The translations under genes and the position numbers were made by a program. This document shows, piece by piece, positions 13,387 to 29,110 of a stretch of DNA of 64,000 bases; positions within the stretch are counted from its first letter, which is position 1; each line of letters opens with the position of its first letter. The notes under the pieces are model-generated. The model worked only from the letters and a program-made list of their open reading frames with translations. It made no database searches and had not been told where the DNA came from. The stretch lies in assembly GCF_009914755.1 (NCBI RefSeq), contig NC_060927.1, one strand, 5' to 3'. Origin of the DNA: the human T2T-CHM13v2.0 reference genome, Homo sapiens.

Positions 13387-14574
13387 GCCATTGTAAAATT
13401 TTGATCAATAAAATGACATGATTTGCCTCATGTTTTAAAAGGGTCACTCTGGCAACTCTGTGGAGAATAGACCTAGAGGGAGATGGTGGAAACATGAAGA
13501 CCAGCAAGGAAAGAACTACAATAATTCAGGTGAGAAATGGTGGTAGTTTAGATCAGGGTGGTTTTGTGATGTTGGTAAAAAATAGTCCCTTCTGGATGTA
13601 GTTAGTCAAACAGAATTTCTGACAAATTAGATATAATTTGTATAATTTGTGAACGAAAAAGAATAAAGATTGACTACAAGATTTGGTTCAAGAACTTGTA
13701 TGAATTTTTTCTTAACTGAGATGAAAAAAAGGGGAAGGATTTTATTGGGAGAATGGTAGAAATTAAGCTGCTATTTCTTTACATGTTAAGTTTCAGTTGC
13801 ATATCAAGCATTTAAATGAGTGTTGAGTTAGCAGTTCAGGTGGAGTTTAGAGTTCAGGGCAGAGGTCAAGCCATGAGATATAAAAGTGTAAGAAGAAAAA
13901 ATACTTTCATAATCCCTATTTCTAGAGACAGACACTTAACTTGCTGATTTACTTCCTACCAGTCTTTTTATGTAGGTGTATTCTTTGAGCATGGGAATAT
14001 TCAAAAAATGTATGACCTTAGGTAGAGGCAATGACATTTTATCTCTTAATTTGATTAAAAAGGCATTGCTGAAACTTGAGAATGATGGAGAGTCACTTTT
14101 TCATAGTAATAGACATGCAGAATTTTAAATGATCTGGCAGAGTGTCACCTGGAGTTGTGTTGCAGATGTTCTGCCACACAGATTTGGCTGTGTCTACAGG
14201 TGCCACTCTGAAGAAGTTGGATGACTTTTTAACTTGGACCAGACTCAGTGATTCAAAACAGTTTCTTGGCCACATCCTTTCCAATTGAAGCTGAAAATGG
14301 GCAGATGTGTAAACAACCCTGGACAAAGAGGTAGCATACTTTTTCTACCCTAACCAGCATGTTGACAACTTGTGCCATGTTCATTACCCTGTTGTGGGTT
14401 CTCAAGTAAATTCCTTTTAGTAGAATTCAAATCGTGATTGTAAAAATTCAATCTAGAAATTCTAAAACAGCAGTTATTCTGAGCTCCCAATGTGGGTAGA
14501 GAAATGATCCATGTGGTCTCTTGACGCTGAGGCCAGCTTTGTTACTACGTGGCTGCTTTGGGCAATGTGGTGTA

Positions 14575-14770
14575 TTGCTGTGTTTCTCAAACTTGAGACA
14601 ACATCAGACTTCTGGGAGAGCTCATTAAAACACACAAATCCCTAACACCACCTCCAAAGTTTCTGATTCCACAGGCTTGGTGTGGAGCTCAGGGCTATGC
14701 ATTTCTAACAAGCTCCCAAATGCTGCTGGTACTGCTGCTGGCCTGGTGACCAGCCCTGGAAAGCCACGGG
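14575..14770. mobile_element. MER5A
   Basis: 'tttctcaaactt...gtttctgattcc...tgcatttctaacaagctccca'. Confidence 0.75.
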
Positions 14771-15035
14771 TTTAGTTGTTAAGAACACTGGCCCTGGAGC
14801 CAGACTACCCAGGTTCAAATTAAGCCTTCATCCTGGGCAAGTTTCTTAACCTCTCTGTGCCTGGTTTCCAAATAGATAGAATAAGGATAATTATAATATG
14901 TATCTCATGAGTTTATTGTGAGGATTAGGTAAATGAATGAATATAAAGTACTTAGAACAGAGGTTGGTGCATAGTGTGTGTGTATATATGTATATATATA
15001 TATGTTTATATATATGTTTACTGTTCTTATTAATT
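14771..15035 (+). mobile_element. MIR
   Basis: 'ctggagccagactacccaggttcaaat...gggcaagtttcttaacctctctgtgcct'. Confidence 0.8.
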
Positions 15036-15310
15036 TTTCTTGAAAGTAGTTACAATGATTCTCAGTTTCTGGAAAAAAAGCCTCATTTTAATGTCTGCAA
15101 TTTTGGTTAAGGTTTATATAGAGGGCATAATGGGAAATATGAACAAATTGCATGAAACAAGATGAGTGGTAGAAAACTTAAGGAGAAGTCAGCTATATGG
15201 ACAACCAGTCATAGTCAGGGAAAAAGTTGGGAGAGCGAAGTTCAAGTAGAGACAATTTGCTTCCCTTCCCCACTCCCTAGCTCCCCAGCTCATGTTAACA
15301 ATGGTAGAAC

Positions 15311-15312
<2 letters not shown>

Positions 15313-15354
<42 letters not shown>

Positions 15355-15375
15355 CTCTCTCTCTCTCTCTCTCTC
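15313..15375. repeat. (CA)n(CT)n compound microsatellite
   Basis: seen directly. Confidence 0.95.
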
Positions 15376-15869
15376 CCCCTCTCTCAATCTCTCTCGCTCA
15401 TGAAATATTCTGCCTTTTGCATCCAAGCTGTTCTCACGGTGATCATTCAGTCATTTCTTCCATAAACTTGCCTTTTATCCTATAGTTGAAGTGACCGGCT
15501 TCACTTCAAGATCAGGTTTGTTGATATTTAAGCAGCTTAGAAATTCTTCAGCTATGGTATCCCTGAGGCCTTTGCTCAATCATCCCAAAGCCAAGAAAGC
15601 TTCCGCATTGTGTTGTAGTAATTTTTTCAGAATTTAGGATATGAATGCAGTTTTCTGAGCACTACATTACTGTAATATGATTTGAACCCAAATTTAGGTT
15701 CCCTGTACAAATCTGTCTGTTACTTCCCCAAATAGAAAACAAAGGGTTGCTCTGATAAGAGCTGTGAACCACAGTGAGGATATGTGGCATGGATAGGCCT
15801 GTCTTAACGGGCTCTCCCAATCCCATGGGGCTCCCCATGGCTCATGGCAACTCATGACATAATTCTGGG

Positions 15870-16350
15870 CAAACTTCAGTGTCCACATTGACCTATCCAG
15901 CCCTCTAGGAATTCCTTCAGTCATTCATTTCAAGGACATTTTCTTCACCTCATTTTAGCAACCCACTTTTATGCCAATACTCTGGACCTTCAATTAACTG
16001 TAATTGTTTTATCTCTGAAATCTTGAACTTTGACATTCCATCCTTTGATCATAACTTTTGACCCACTTTACTTGCTCTTTCATCTCATTGTAGCTTTGAT
16101 TGTTATCTGCACTCCCATTTTCTTGGCTCTCTCCTGTCTTTCTCTATCCACCCAGAACTCTCTAGTTAATCATTTTAACCTCCTTCTCAGTAACTCCTCA
16201 AGCACTTTCTCACAACTACCGCCAACCCTCAAACCAGGGCCCACAGAACAACCCTTTCTCCCTGGATTGCCACGTGCTGAAGAAAGCACACAAGTGAGTT
16301 AATTAGTGTCATCACACATTTGTGATTTACAGTTATGGCTGAGCCCTTGA
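15870..16350 (+). mobile_element. L2 endonuclease-region remnant
   Basis: gca acc cac ttt tat gcc aat act ctg gac ctt = ATHFYANTLDL, resembling the L2/CR1 EN motif PTHxxGHTLDL. Confidence 0.6.
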
Positions 16351-16948
16351 CAGTGAATAAACAGGTGCATGGACTTCAGTCACTCATGTGAGTTGCTCCA
16401 CATCGTGTGCCACAGGAGAGTAGCAGCAGGACTTCCTTTATTTAATGATGGCTAATACTTCTCCAGAGGAGAATTCTAGAAAAGCAGCTAATGGAACAAT
16501 AAAATTAGTCACACGAGCCATGATATTTTTGGACAATTCAATAAAGCTCACTGTTTTCATTGCCAGACTTTCCCCTGCTACCACACAGGAATGTGACAGC
16601 TGGCTTTCTGGACCCTGATCAGAGAACTGTAGCCTTCTCTAGTTCCTTATGTCATTGTTGCTTCTTTTGAGCAACAGGATCCTACTTACAAAGCTACTTA
16701 GAAATCAAGTAATCATTTTACTGTAGGTATGAGGCTTCTCAGGGCCCGAATTGCCTACCAGTGGTAAAGGGCTCAGTAAGGTTACAGATTACTGCCACCT
16801 TGGTGTTTCTGATCATTTACCCACACCTCAACTCTCCGCAACCTGTATTCTTGATTGTTTTCCAGATGCAGTGTCCAAACGATAGTTAGAATCCTATCTT
16901 TAGGACCCCCTTCACTGAGGAATCTTGGAGGAATTGTGGTTCCTTCCC

Positions 16949-17061
16949 TAGGTGACCAACCATTCTCATTTTCCCAGAATTGAGGAGTTTTCCAGGATGC
17001 AGAACTCTCAGTGCTAAAACCTGGGGAATCCTGGGAAAACCAGGATGATTAAGTCACCTTG
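16949..17061. mobile_element. MER81 (hAT-Blackjack MITE)
   Basis: 'aggtgaccaacc...cagtgctaaaacc...gtcacct' TIR-bounded ~113 bp. Confidence 0.8.
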
Positions 17062-18170
17062 TTTATGGCTCCTTCCATGTTACCCCTAAACTTGCTTACA
17101 TCAGAAAAATATCACTTAACAGCCTTGAGAAGCAGCATTCTCCAGAGGCTACTTGTAAGTCAGCCAGTTCTCAATTACAGCAGTTAATTCTAAACTAAGT
17201 CTTTTTATGTACTTAATAAAAATTATAAAAATAGTTCTTAGTTTAATACTCAGATGTGTAGTTGCAAATACTCTCACCAAATGTTTTACTTCCTTTATGC
17301 TGGGAGTAGCCCCCTATTTAGGAGGTTGGTGTATGTACACAACAAAACCTTTCTAAGGCACAGGCTGTCCATTCTCTCCCCTTTTTCCCACTCCACCCCA
17401 CCCTGCTTTCCCTCTGCTCATCTTCGTCAGCTGAGAGGCCCACTGAGAAAAAAAACAAAATGGCGGGTCAGCAAGGTTGCTTCTTTGGCTCTGTTCCACC
17501 ATTTTGCAGTGTCAATCTGTGACTCTTTTTGTCTTCATGGCTTGCCCATGCCCTTATAGCTTATTTTCCTAATCAAAGAATTGTTGGATATGCCATATGG
17601 GGCCATGACGCTCCTTTTGGGAGAGAAATGTATCTTTCTTCCAGTCTGATGTAGCATCTATTTTCTTTCGTGGTCCTTCACTATTCAGCAGGTGTGTGTC
17701 CCAAGACAGACATAGAAAACATGGTCATTTCTCTAAATTACTGAAGATGGTGTTCCCTCCCCTATAAAAAAAAATTATTTTGATGTTTTCAGTGGGCCCC
17801 AAGGAAAAGAGTAGAGAAAAACCACCTTTATTTACTGTATTCACTAGAATTGTTACTTTGGGGAAAAATATCAATTACACATTTCTCTATTTCCTCATGA
17901 ATATTTATTCTTTCTCTTCTCTTGGGCACAGGTAGTGTATTGGGAACCCACACAGGGATTGGCTTCTTAAGGACTCTGGGCTCACACCTCAACCTGACAA
18001 TCTGGGGATCAACTAAGCACAGCTTCCATCTATTTCCTTTCATCACTGTCATCATTCTGCCACTTCCTTTTTCCCATAGGAAAAAAAGGGCATAAAATTT
18101 TATGAAAATATAAATGACAGTTTAAAATTATTTAAACATCAGTGGAGAGTTTTGAAAAATTTTTAGTGTT

Positions 18171-18467
<297 letters not shown>

Positions 18468-19389
18468 TTTAGTGGTCTTACATTAAACATTTTCCCCACC
18501 ACTTAAAAAAAAAGACAGATGAGAAATCCAAGTTTCTCTTTACCCTAATGAAAACATTTTGTGGAAAATCAGTAAAATTTTTCTGTATTTAAGAAAGTTA
18601 AGAGATGGCATTCTCTCTCTTTTAGAGACTTAAAATTTCCATTTAAAGAAGATTGTGATAATTTCTACTTGTTTCTTTGTGATTGCCAAATAAATTTTTT
18701 GTAAAAAAGCCTTCTTTCTATGTAGCTGAATATACATCTTGGATTTAATTAAGTTGTTATAATTTAAAAATCGAATTTGTCCCTTAGAAGTCTGAATTTT
18801 ACAGGTCTAAACACTAGCTTCCTAAATGTCAACTACTACTGCACATTTATTACTGCATGATGTAGTAGTAATTCTCTTTCGAGCTTTCAAAGGCTCAACT
18901 CTGCTCTGTAACTAATGAGACCTAAACCCAGTGTTTCATGCTGCATTATCAAAACTGAAGGTTGATTTTATTTGATGGGGAAAAAACAAATGAGGAAAAC
19001 TTTGTAAGACTAGTCTAACTCTGAGACTGCAAACTTAGCAAACCTAGTGACATTGAAAATAAGAGTAAAATCATATCTTTTCCTCAAAATTACTTATCAT
19101 CAAAAAATTTTTCTATGCTATGTTTAATATATTTAACCCTTTTTGAGTGCATTCCAGGAAATAGAAATGAAAGGTGAAATGCAGAGCCCTTCCTTTAAGG
19201 AGCTCAATACATTATTTCCTATGTGACAATGGCCACTCAGTGCTCTGAAGTTTTTGGAATACTCTTCAACTCAGTTGTCCCCATAAGTTCAACCATAATT
19301 TGGAAAATATGATCACTGGATTTATGATAGACATACAGCTTTTCATGTGAAAAATAATCAAAACTCCAACTCATTACTTGACACTTTGC

Positions 19390-19612
19390 AGAGGGCTGTC
19401 TTCTTGTTGTATCCTCACATGGTGGAGAGCAAACAATGAGGGCAAACTCTCATGTCTCTTTTTTTAAGGGCACACTAATCTCATTCACGAGGGCTCCATC
19501 CTCAACACTTAATCACCTCCCAAAGGTCTCACCTTCTCGTGCCATCACATTGGGAGTTGGGATTTCAACATATAAATTTTTCATTGGGGGGGAAACATTC
19601 AGTCCATAATAA
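19390..19612. mobile_element. MLT1A-type LTR fragment
   Basis: 'cctcacatggtggagag...taatcacctcccaaagg...aaacattcagtccataa'. Confidence 0.8.
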
Positions 19613-20046
19613 TATAAAGCTCTTAGATCTGGGATACGGTGAGTCATCAATAAACTATTAGCTTGTATACCAAAATGCCTAGGCTGCATCTTTGCCAGTT
19701 TATATCAAAGCATCTTAAAATTCTTACTGTTCTTCTACCCTTTTGTGTTTTACTCTTTTCCATATCAGGAAAGCACCAACCTCCATGTACTTATTCAAAC
19801 CAGAAGCCAAGGATAATCCTTTAGCAGTGTTGATCATAATCCTGAAAATGGGGAGAAGTAAAAGACATAGAGCTCATTTGGGGAACATTTCAAGTCAAGT
19901 GAGAGAAAATTATGACCAAGGGACAGTTGAAATGAAGGTAAGTTGTTTGGCATACAATTAGAGGTAGAATCAACAGGATTTTGGAAAGGGAAAGGAAAGA
20001 ATTTTGGACTTAAGGTATAATAGATAAGGTATTAAAAATCAAGACA

Positions 20047-20422
<376 letters not shown>

Positions 20423-20760
20423 CTACTGAGTTTACAGTATTTGTGATACATCCAGTAAGCCGTTAGACAAGTCAGATTGTTGGAGTGAAGTGGGCTAGAA
20501 ATACTGGCGTCAAAATCCTATGTACGTAACCAGTGGTTAAAAGACATGAATAAATGATATTGATGAGGAAACCGGAGTAAAAAGAAAAGTGAACTAAATG
20601 TAGGACTCAGGAGAAGATTAGTGCCTAAACCCTATCCTAGTTAAAGAATATCGGAAAGATAAAAAATAGGGCATTTAATGGTATAAATCAGTTTTCTTTT
20701 TATAAAGATATAATCCCAAAGTCATCTTGTAGTTGAGCAGATAATACAAATATAGCATAA

Positions 20761-21071
<311 letters not shown>

Positions 21072-21999
21072 GACTTTGATATTTTTGAGAACTATAAAAA
21101 TATCTTTTAATACAACCTTTCCTGAAGAGGCATTATTTTGTGTCTACCTCCTTGAGAAATCTCACATGCCCAGAAAAATCAGTATTTAATTCCCAATTTT
21201 TGGTAATATTATTATGCAATATAATTGGCAAATTCTTTGCAGTAGCTTGGGTAAAATTTCCCTTACATAAGCAAATAACTCTTAAAAATTTACTGGCAAT
21301 GGTTTTTAAACATATGTTAAGAATTAGCATTTATTTCTTTTCTGTTTTTTCTCCCCCCTTTTAACAAGTAGTCTAGTAATAATGGTATTGTTTCAACAAC
21401 TTTAAAAACAAATGGGAAATAAAAATTTAAAGCCATTAAGAGACTTCATATAATTTTGCGTATCATTTTGGAATGTGGAAGACATCAAGGCAGGTTTGGA
21501 GAACAGGATCTGAAACTGGCTATCCCCTTAATGGGAGACATCTGTCCCATCCACAGATGTAGGGCAAAAGTCAAGTTCACTAGGTGGACAGAGGCACAAG
21601 TAGGCAAAAACTCCAGAGCATTAAAGGCCCAGTCACAAATAGCATTGACAAAAAGCAAAAATGAAGATTGAGTTGTATTATATGTATATTACCCTATATA
21701 TATTAATTGTTCTTCATTTCTTTTATGTTTTTTGATATATGTGGAAAAGCAGAGGCATTTAAAAGTGGGATTCATTCATTCATTTCTTCATTTACTATTT
21801 ACCTAGGTACATAATATTAATTGAATAGCCTGTTTAAAGGCACTTGGGATATTAAGATGAATGCCAAAATATCTGCTTTTAAGAGACGACATACAAAATA
21901 TTTTTTGTAGATTCCTACTCTTTCTGAAATCCAAATAGAAACTAAAATTTAAAAAGTGAAATAATCCTAGATACAGAAAGTATCTAGGACTATATAACA

Positions 22000-22900
22000 G
22001 ACACTTAAGTGCTTACCTCTCAGAATGTACAAAAAATATCATTGTACTGTATTTGTTGCAGGTTGTTCTGCTTAAATACAATAAAGATTCAGTATGACCT
22101 TTCCTATCCCATTTTCCTCCCTCCATCCCCAGAGACTGGCACTGTCTTGAAGTTGGTGTATATCCCTCTAGTCCATGTTTTTATACTTTTACACTCATAT
22201 GCATGTGCCCATAAAGAATACACAAGGTCTTTTGTTTTGTTTTGCATTTGTAAGCTGTAGAAAGATAGTATTACATTATACACATCTTCTTTGATACTTG
22301 TGTTTTCACTCTCAACAGTCCATAATTTCAACACATAATCAGTTCATTTGTTTTCTCTATTATTTAGTGTTCTGTTATAGTCATGTAACATAACTGATTT
22401 TGTCATTCATTCTCAGTTAGACATTTACTTTGTTTCTAGTTTTTGTTTATTATGAACTTGACCACATAGATATCCCATACATGTCTTCTTATAGAGACAA
22501 GAAAATTTCTAAGATTTATACTGAGAAGTGGATTTTTTGGGTTTCAGACTACATTCGGTGTCAAGAGTACTAGATATCATAAAAAACATTGTCACAGAAG
22601 TGGCTGAGAGTTCCTGTTTCCCAGTTACCTCTCTATACTTGCTGTTATCACATTTTAAAATTTTGGCTTATCTATTGCTAAGCCAAAGTGTCTGGTTATT
22701 TTATTTCTCATTTATCTGATTAATAATGATTTTATACATATTTGTACAAATTTGCATATGTTTATTAGCATTTCAGTTTTGTCTCCTTTTTGTAGACTGT
22801 CTTAAAGAATATTAGGAGTTCCATATGTATTTCCAATACTATTCTTGTTGCATGCTATGTGTATTGCAAAAATCTTCTCTCAGTCCATAATATATGTTTG
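22000..22900 (-). mobile_element. L1ME-type 3' fragment
   Basis: 'ccctccatccccagag...gacatttactttgtttctagttttt...agaagtggatttttt' old L1 3'UTR pattern. Confidence 0.6.
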
Positions 22901-23929
22901 AATTTGGATAAAGGCTATAAGAGGAGTTTGATAAACCAAAAAATAAATGATTCCAAGGTATTTTGGCCTGAGAAATCATCCATTGTCAGGGGTGAAGAGA
23001 GAGCCTGATATATCCACCAACTAGTCCCTATTCCCTCTGTTCACAGAGTCTCCAAAACTATCTGCCTTGAGTCCACTAAGACTAATCTCATTATGCCTCT
23101 TATTATTGTTTTTGTCAGTTATCACAAGAAGCACCAGATACCAGGGTCAGTCTTTATTTTCACACCGTGCCAAGCTCTGCAGATCCCCTATTCTCTATTG
23201 TCCACCTTCCCAACCCTAAAGTCTTTACACTTTGCTCTTTGGAATTGATGGTTCATCATTAGCAAGATTCATAGCCTCAAACATTTTGGGAAGCCCCACT
23301 CACCTCCTCTGGATCTTACCTCAATCTCACTAATTCCTGTATGCCCCCTGAAGTCGTGGCTGTTGGAGTCCTCTCACAACCCTGGCATTAGCATCTTTCT
23401 TATTTTCCTCTGAACTTTCTATGTGTTCAAGTCTGCTTTTGGTCTCTCGGTAGCACTGTAAAGTTTTCTACAAATATTTCTTCAATTTATTCCTTGATAT
23501 TTTATATCATAATGTAATATAAATTTTATAGTCTATTTAATTCTAATTTTCACACTTTCTTGTTTGAAATATAAGGTCCATTGATTTGTGTATAGTTATT
23601 TTGTATCCTGCCACCATACTTAATTCTTTTATTTTTTGAAATAGTTTTTCAGCTTTTCTGTTGAGTTGAAGTCTCATGAAGATGAAAGTCTAGGCCCCCC
23701 ACTTGGCCATGGATAGGTGTGGACCACAGTTTGTTTGCTCTGTTGGTACCTCTTGACTTTTCTACATTGCTGGCTTTTTCAGATCCAAGTGTGGGATATA
23801 TGAGACAAAAAGAAAACTCAGGGGACTCACCACCATGTTGTTCCTCAGGTCTTTAGCTCCCTAGCTGGTCTGCTGCCTTCTTTACCACCTTTATTATGTT
23901 CATTTTACATATAGCATTCAGAATTTTTT

Positions 23930-24263
<334 letters not shown>

Positions 24264-24861
24264 TTATACTGAATGAAAGAAATAGGGTAAAGTATCCATT
24301 CTTTTAGTTTTAACCTCTTTGAATTACTTTGCTTTCAAATTGCCTTTTCTTTAATGCGTATATTTGGGTCTTGTTTTGTTAACCAAATTGAAAATTGATT
24401 TCTTTAAATGGGAAGTTGAGCATATTCACATTTATCGATATAACTAATATGCTTTGTCCTGATACTTTGTAATTATGTGTATTTTGTATTTGTTTTTTTC
24501 TGTATGAGATGTACATTCTTTGTGCTATTTATTATTTGTACAGTCTAGGAAGGTTTGTGTTTTTATTCTAGTGGTTACCTTTGTATTTATTATTTTTATA
24601 AGTGTCTTTAGTCTATTTTCTTATCTGCCCTTTAACTATCTGGTTGATACCATTTTTTTCCCCAGTATCCTTTAGTGCGCATATGTTGCTTATATAGCAC
24701 CAAGCTTTTCCTATTTTTCTCTTTCCTTAGTTGTTGTACTTGGTTGTTTTTTAGTTGCTTAATTTCTACTTTTCACAGGATATAATATTTATACCTTAAT
24801 TTTCTACCCTTATCCTACATTTTTTTCAGTCTTATGTGTACATTTATATATTTTAAAATGC

Positions 24862-25167
<306 letters not shown>

Positions 25168-25644
25168 TCATTATCAGTTCTTCTAGTAGAGCTTTCCCAG
25201 TCATCACTTATGTGAAGTTCATGCTCTAGCAAATTCCTCAAGAAGGGATGCCATGTGTAGAATCTCCTATGTTCTTGTATGTTGAAAATATTTCTACTAT
25301 TCTTGCTATTTGAAGAACAACTTGATTGGACATAAAATCCTTGTTTCACATTTTCTTTCATTGAGTATTTTTATAAAGATTGATTCATAGTTGTCTTGTT
25401 TGGTATTTGGTTTTGAAAAGTGTAATGGCAATCTAATTCTTTTGACTTTTTAAGTTATTTTAGATTTTTGCTTGGTGGTCTTGAGAGTCTTGTCTTTATT
25501 TTTGAAATATAATAATTTTACTAAAATAATGTCAAAGAGTTAATCATTTTGGGTTAATTTTTGCCAGGTACCAGGAGAAACTTTTCAACGTGTAGATTCA
25601 GATGATTTTTTTTTCTGGAAATTTTTCTTGGACCATAATTTATT

Positions 25645-26105
25645 GCTTAGTGTAGTAACCGATAGGTGGCCTTCTAACCCATGCTCCCCTCACACCCTCC
25701 CCACCTAAGGTAGTCCCTACTGGCCCTTGTTCCCATCTTTGTTTTCAATGTTTAGCTCCCGCTTATGAGTGAGAACATTCAGTATTTGGTTTTCTGTTCC
25801 TGAATTAATTTGCTTAGGATAATGGCCTCCAGCTGCATCCACGTTGCTGCAAAGGATGCAAGATTTCATTCTTTTTTAATGGCTGTGTACTATTGATGAA
25901 TATGTACAACATTTTCTTTATCCAGTCCACCATTGGTGGGCATCTTCGTTGATTCCATATCTTAGTTATTGTAAATAGTGCTGTGAGGAAAGCTCCTAGA
26001 GCTGATAAACAACTTCAGTAAGGTTTCAGGATACAAAATCAACGTACAAAAATCAGCAACATTTCCAAACACCCATAAGGTCCAAGCTGAGAGTCAAATC
26101 AACAA
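25645..26105 (-). mobile_element. L1PA/PB 3' fragment with inverted ORF2 piece
   Basis: antisense 3' part 25645-25988; sense piece 25989-26105 encodes [22 protein letters not shown]. Confidence 0.8.
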
Positions 26106-26469
26106 GTGCTATTCTTTAGAGCCTTTGGGAACCTGCAATTCATTCTCTTCAGAAAGGGCAGGACATTTCTATGTGTGTGTAGAGCACCTTTCCACATTTT
26201 CCAGTATTTCTTCTTTTATTCTTGTAAGCAGTAAAGGCTCCCTGTAAGCGATCATCACAATTATCAGGGAAGCTAATTTGGTATAGGCAAAGGTAAGAAA
26301 ATGTAACACACTGACTCTTTTCCTGAGGTTTATAACACCTAAGAAAAGATAAGGTTCATGAACTATCTTGGTTTCTTCTCTTTTTGCAAGAATGTAGTAT
26401 ATTAATTTGAAAAAAATCCAGAGTAATTCCACGACCAATTTTCTCCATGTTGTCAGTTATAAATGAATC

Positions 26470-26930
26470 AGTCAACTAGTCCCTTCTTGATGAATCATGT
26501 TGTTTTCTTGGCTTTTGGGACCCCACCCTCTCCTGGCTCCCCTTCCTGCCACTCCCTCTCATCCCCTATACTGGGTCCTCTTCATCTGTTTATTCTTTAA
26601 ATGTTGGACCTGCCCAAAACAGGTCCTAGGAGCCTTCTCTCTCTCTGTCAGACATTTATCTCATGACTTCATGTAATTATCCATATATCAATGAATTCTA
26701 AACTTAACATTTTCTACTCTGATCTTTCACCTGAACTCTAGACATGTGCATTCTGTTCCCTATCTAGCATATCCATTCTATTAAGTATCTCAAATTCAAC
26801 ATGTCTGAAACAGGTATTTTCCTCCTTTCTGCTACTCCACCCAGTAGCACCACTCTAGCAGCTTACCCCTTCCAGTATTTCCCACTTACCCAGTGTTGTT
26901 CAAGCCAAAAATATTGAAGCCTTTCTAGTC
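26470..26930 (+). mobile_element. L2 fragment
   Basis: 'cttggcttttgggaccccaccctctcctgg...tcacctgaactctagac...tctcaaattcaacatgtc'. Confidence 0.7.
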
Positions 26931-26944
26931 TTTCAGTCTTTTTT

Positions 26945-27385
26945 CAGAGATATGGATTTTAAGATGTGTCTGACTACCAAATTGACAGAGTGAACTTGTG
27001 ATGGTTAATTGTATGCCAGCTTGGCTAGGCCATGATACCCAGATACTTGGTCAAACATCAGTCTAGATGTTGCTGTGAAAGTATATTATTCAGATGAGAT
27101 TAACATTTAAATTGGTAGACTTTGAGTAAAGCAGATTATCTTTCGTAACGTGACTGAGCCTCATCTAATCAATTGAAGGCTTTAAGAGGAAAATAGATTG
27201 AGGTGTCCTGAAGAAGAGGGAATTTCTGCCTCAGACAACCTTCAGACTCAAGATTGTAACACCAGCTCTTCCCTGGGTCTCCGGCCTGCTGGCCTGTCCC
27301 ACAAATTTTGAATTGCCAGCCCCTACAATTACAGGAACTAATTCCTTAAAATTAATCCATCAGTCTCTCTCTCTCTTACTCTGCA

Positions 27386-27449
<64 letters not shown>

Positions 27450-27480
27450 TGGTTCTTTTTCTTTGGAGAATCCCAATATG
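26945..27480 (+). mobile_element. MLT2-type ERVL 3' LTR with short internal stub and (CA)n
   Basis: LTR starts tgtgatggttaat at 26997, preceded by 'ccaaattgacagagtgaact' (ERVL int end/PPT-like); (CA)n 27387-27447. Confidence 0.85.
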
Positions 27481-28774
27481 GATTTTAGCAGGTTGGTGGG
27501 ACTGCCCATTCTCTCTACTCCTCCTGGCACTAGAGATTTCAGGTCAATGGATATCTCACTGAGGGTTGGTGGTTGATAGAAATTTCAGCCCTGACACCAC
27601 TTGCACTTCACTCATTGTTCTTGGGGAAAAACATTTTCCTTGTTATCTTTCTGGTTGTTTTTGTCGTTGTTGATTTTTTTTTTCTTTTCTTTTTGGGTCA
27701 TTCTGCTACCTCGTTTTTCCTCTCATATAGTCCCAGTTGTTTATGTATTCTTAAAAACTCGCACTGTTAGTATGCTTCTGAAATTTCTTAGTTTCTTTTT
27801 GAAGTCTATGTTTTTGCTTCTATGTGAACTAAAAAAAAGTAAGAATAAGATGATAGAATAAAAAAGAACAAGTCCTGGGTTGCCAGAGACAAACCAGGGA
27901 AAAAGGAAATAAATATGAAAACACAAAAGATGTAACTCCTTCACAGTTGTAAACATATAGCAAAATAATAATTATGCCCAAAATACGTCCAAAGTCTTAT
28001 TTTTAAGTTCTCATAAAGTTGATCGTAGTTATTAATCAAATTGCTGCTGTGAAGTATTGCTGTTGGGAAATATTTTTTACTATCTCCCTCTGTGTGTTGG
28101 TCTTCAGCAGTTTGAAGCTCATTTGGTGCTATGTTCAAATAAACTTGAGAAGAAAGATTCCTTCCTGGGAACTTATGAATCTGTCCTGGGACTTGTTTTG
28201 ACTGAATTAACTTAGATCATGTGTTGGTCTTTTAGCCAATACTAAGTCTAGACTGGTAGCAGCAGCCCAGAGTGGAGCCTTACTTGAACTAGCTGGACTG
28301 AGAGTGAAGGAGAAATAAGTATCCCGGTGAAATTTGGGATGCCATTCTCAGAAGAGAGAAGGAAAGGATCGATCGTTATGGGAAGATAACACACACACAT
28401 ACACGCACACACACGTATAAATATAATAACTTACTAAATGGTGTTCTCTGGGTATTTCCAACTTTCTGATGAAGATAATCATATTTTTGAAGGTATAACG
28501 CTTTCATTTTTCTTTTATATTTCTTGTAACATTTAGCATATGTTAACCTTACCCTAGACTCTCAATATATAGAACACTTTTCTATAGTTTTTAATACATA
28601 GATTTAGTATCTCAAATAATTATTTATTGTGAAATGTTTAATAGTCTAATCCAAACTGCAGCTTATGGAAAGAAGTAAATGCTGATCACATTGCTGTGAA
28701 CGTTTGTGACTAAAATATTCCTTAGTTTGTTATCTATATGATTCTGTCCATCTACCCATTAAACAAAGTGAAAG

Positions 28775-28950
28775 GGTATCTATCTAGTGTAGAATTTTTC
28801 GACTTCAACGTGCTTATGACTTACCTGAATTATCTGGGATCTTGTTTAAATGTAGAATCTGATTCAGCAGATCTGGGATGCTCTGTAATCTGGATTTCTA
28901 CTAGGCAATGCCTATCCTACTAGTTTGAGGACCACACTTTGAGTAGCAAA
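28775..28950. mobile_element. MER5A-type
   Basis: 'aatctgattcagcagatctggg...gaggaccacactttgagtagcaa'. Confidence 0.7.
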
Positions 28951-29004
28951 GTCAAGGTGCCATATGCCTCAAACTTTTATTGTGCAATTAAAATGGTCAC
29001 TCAT

Positions 29005-29110
29005 GGCTGGGCGCGATGGCTCACGCCTGTAATCCCAGCACTTTGGGAGGCTGAGGCAGGCAGAAAACCTGAGGTCAGGAGTTCAAGACCAGCCTGGCCA
29101 ACATGGTGAA
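29005..29110 (+). mobile_element. AluS left-arm fragment, 3'-truncated
   Basis: intact 5' start, stops at 'ccaacatggtgaa', no linker or tail. Confidence 0.9.
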
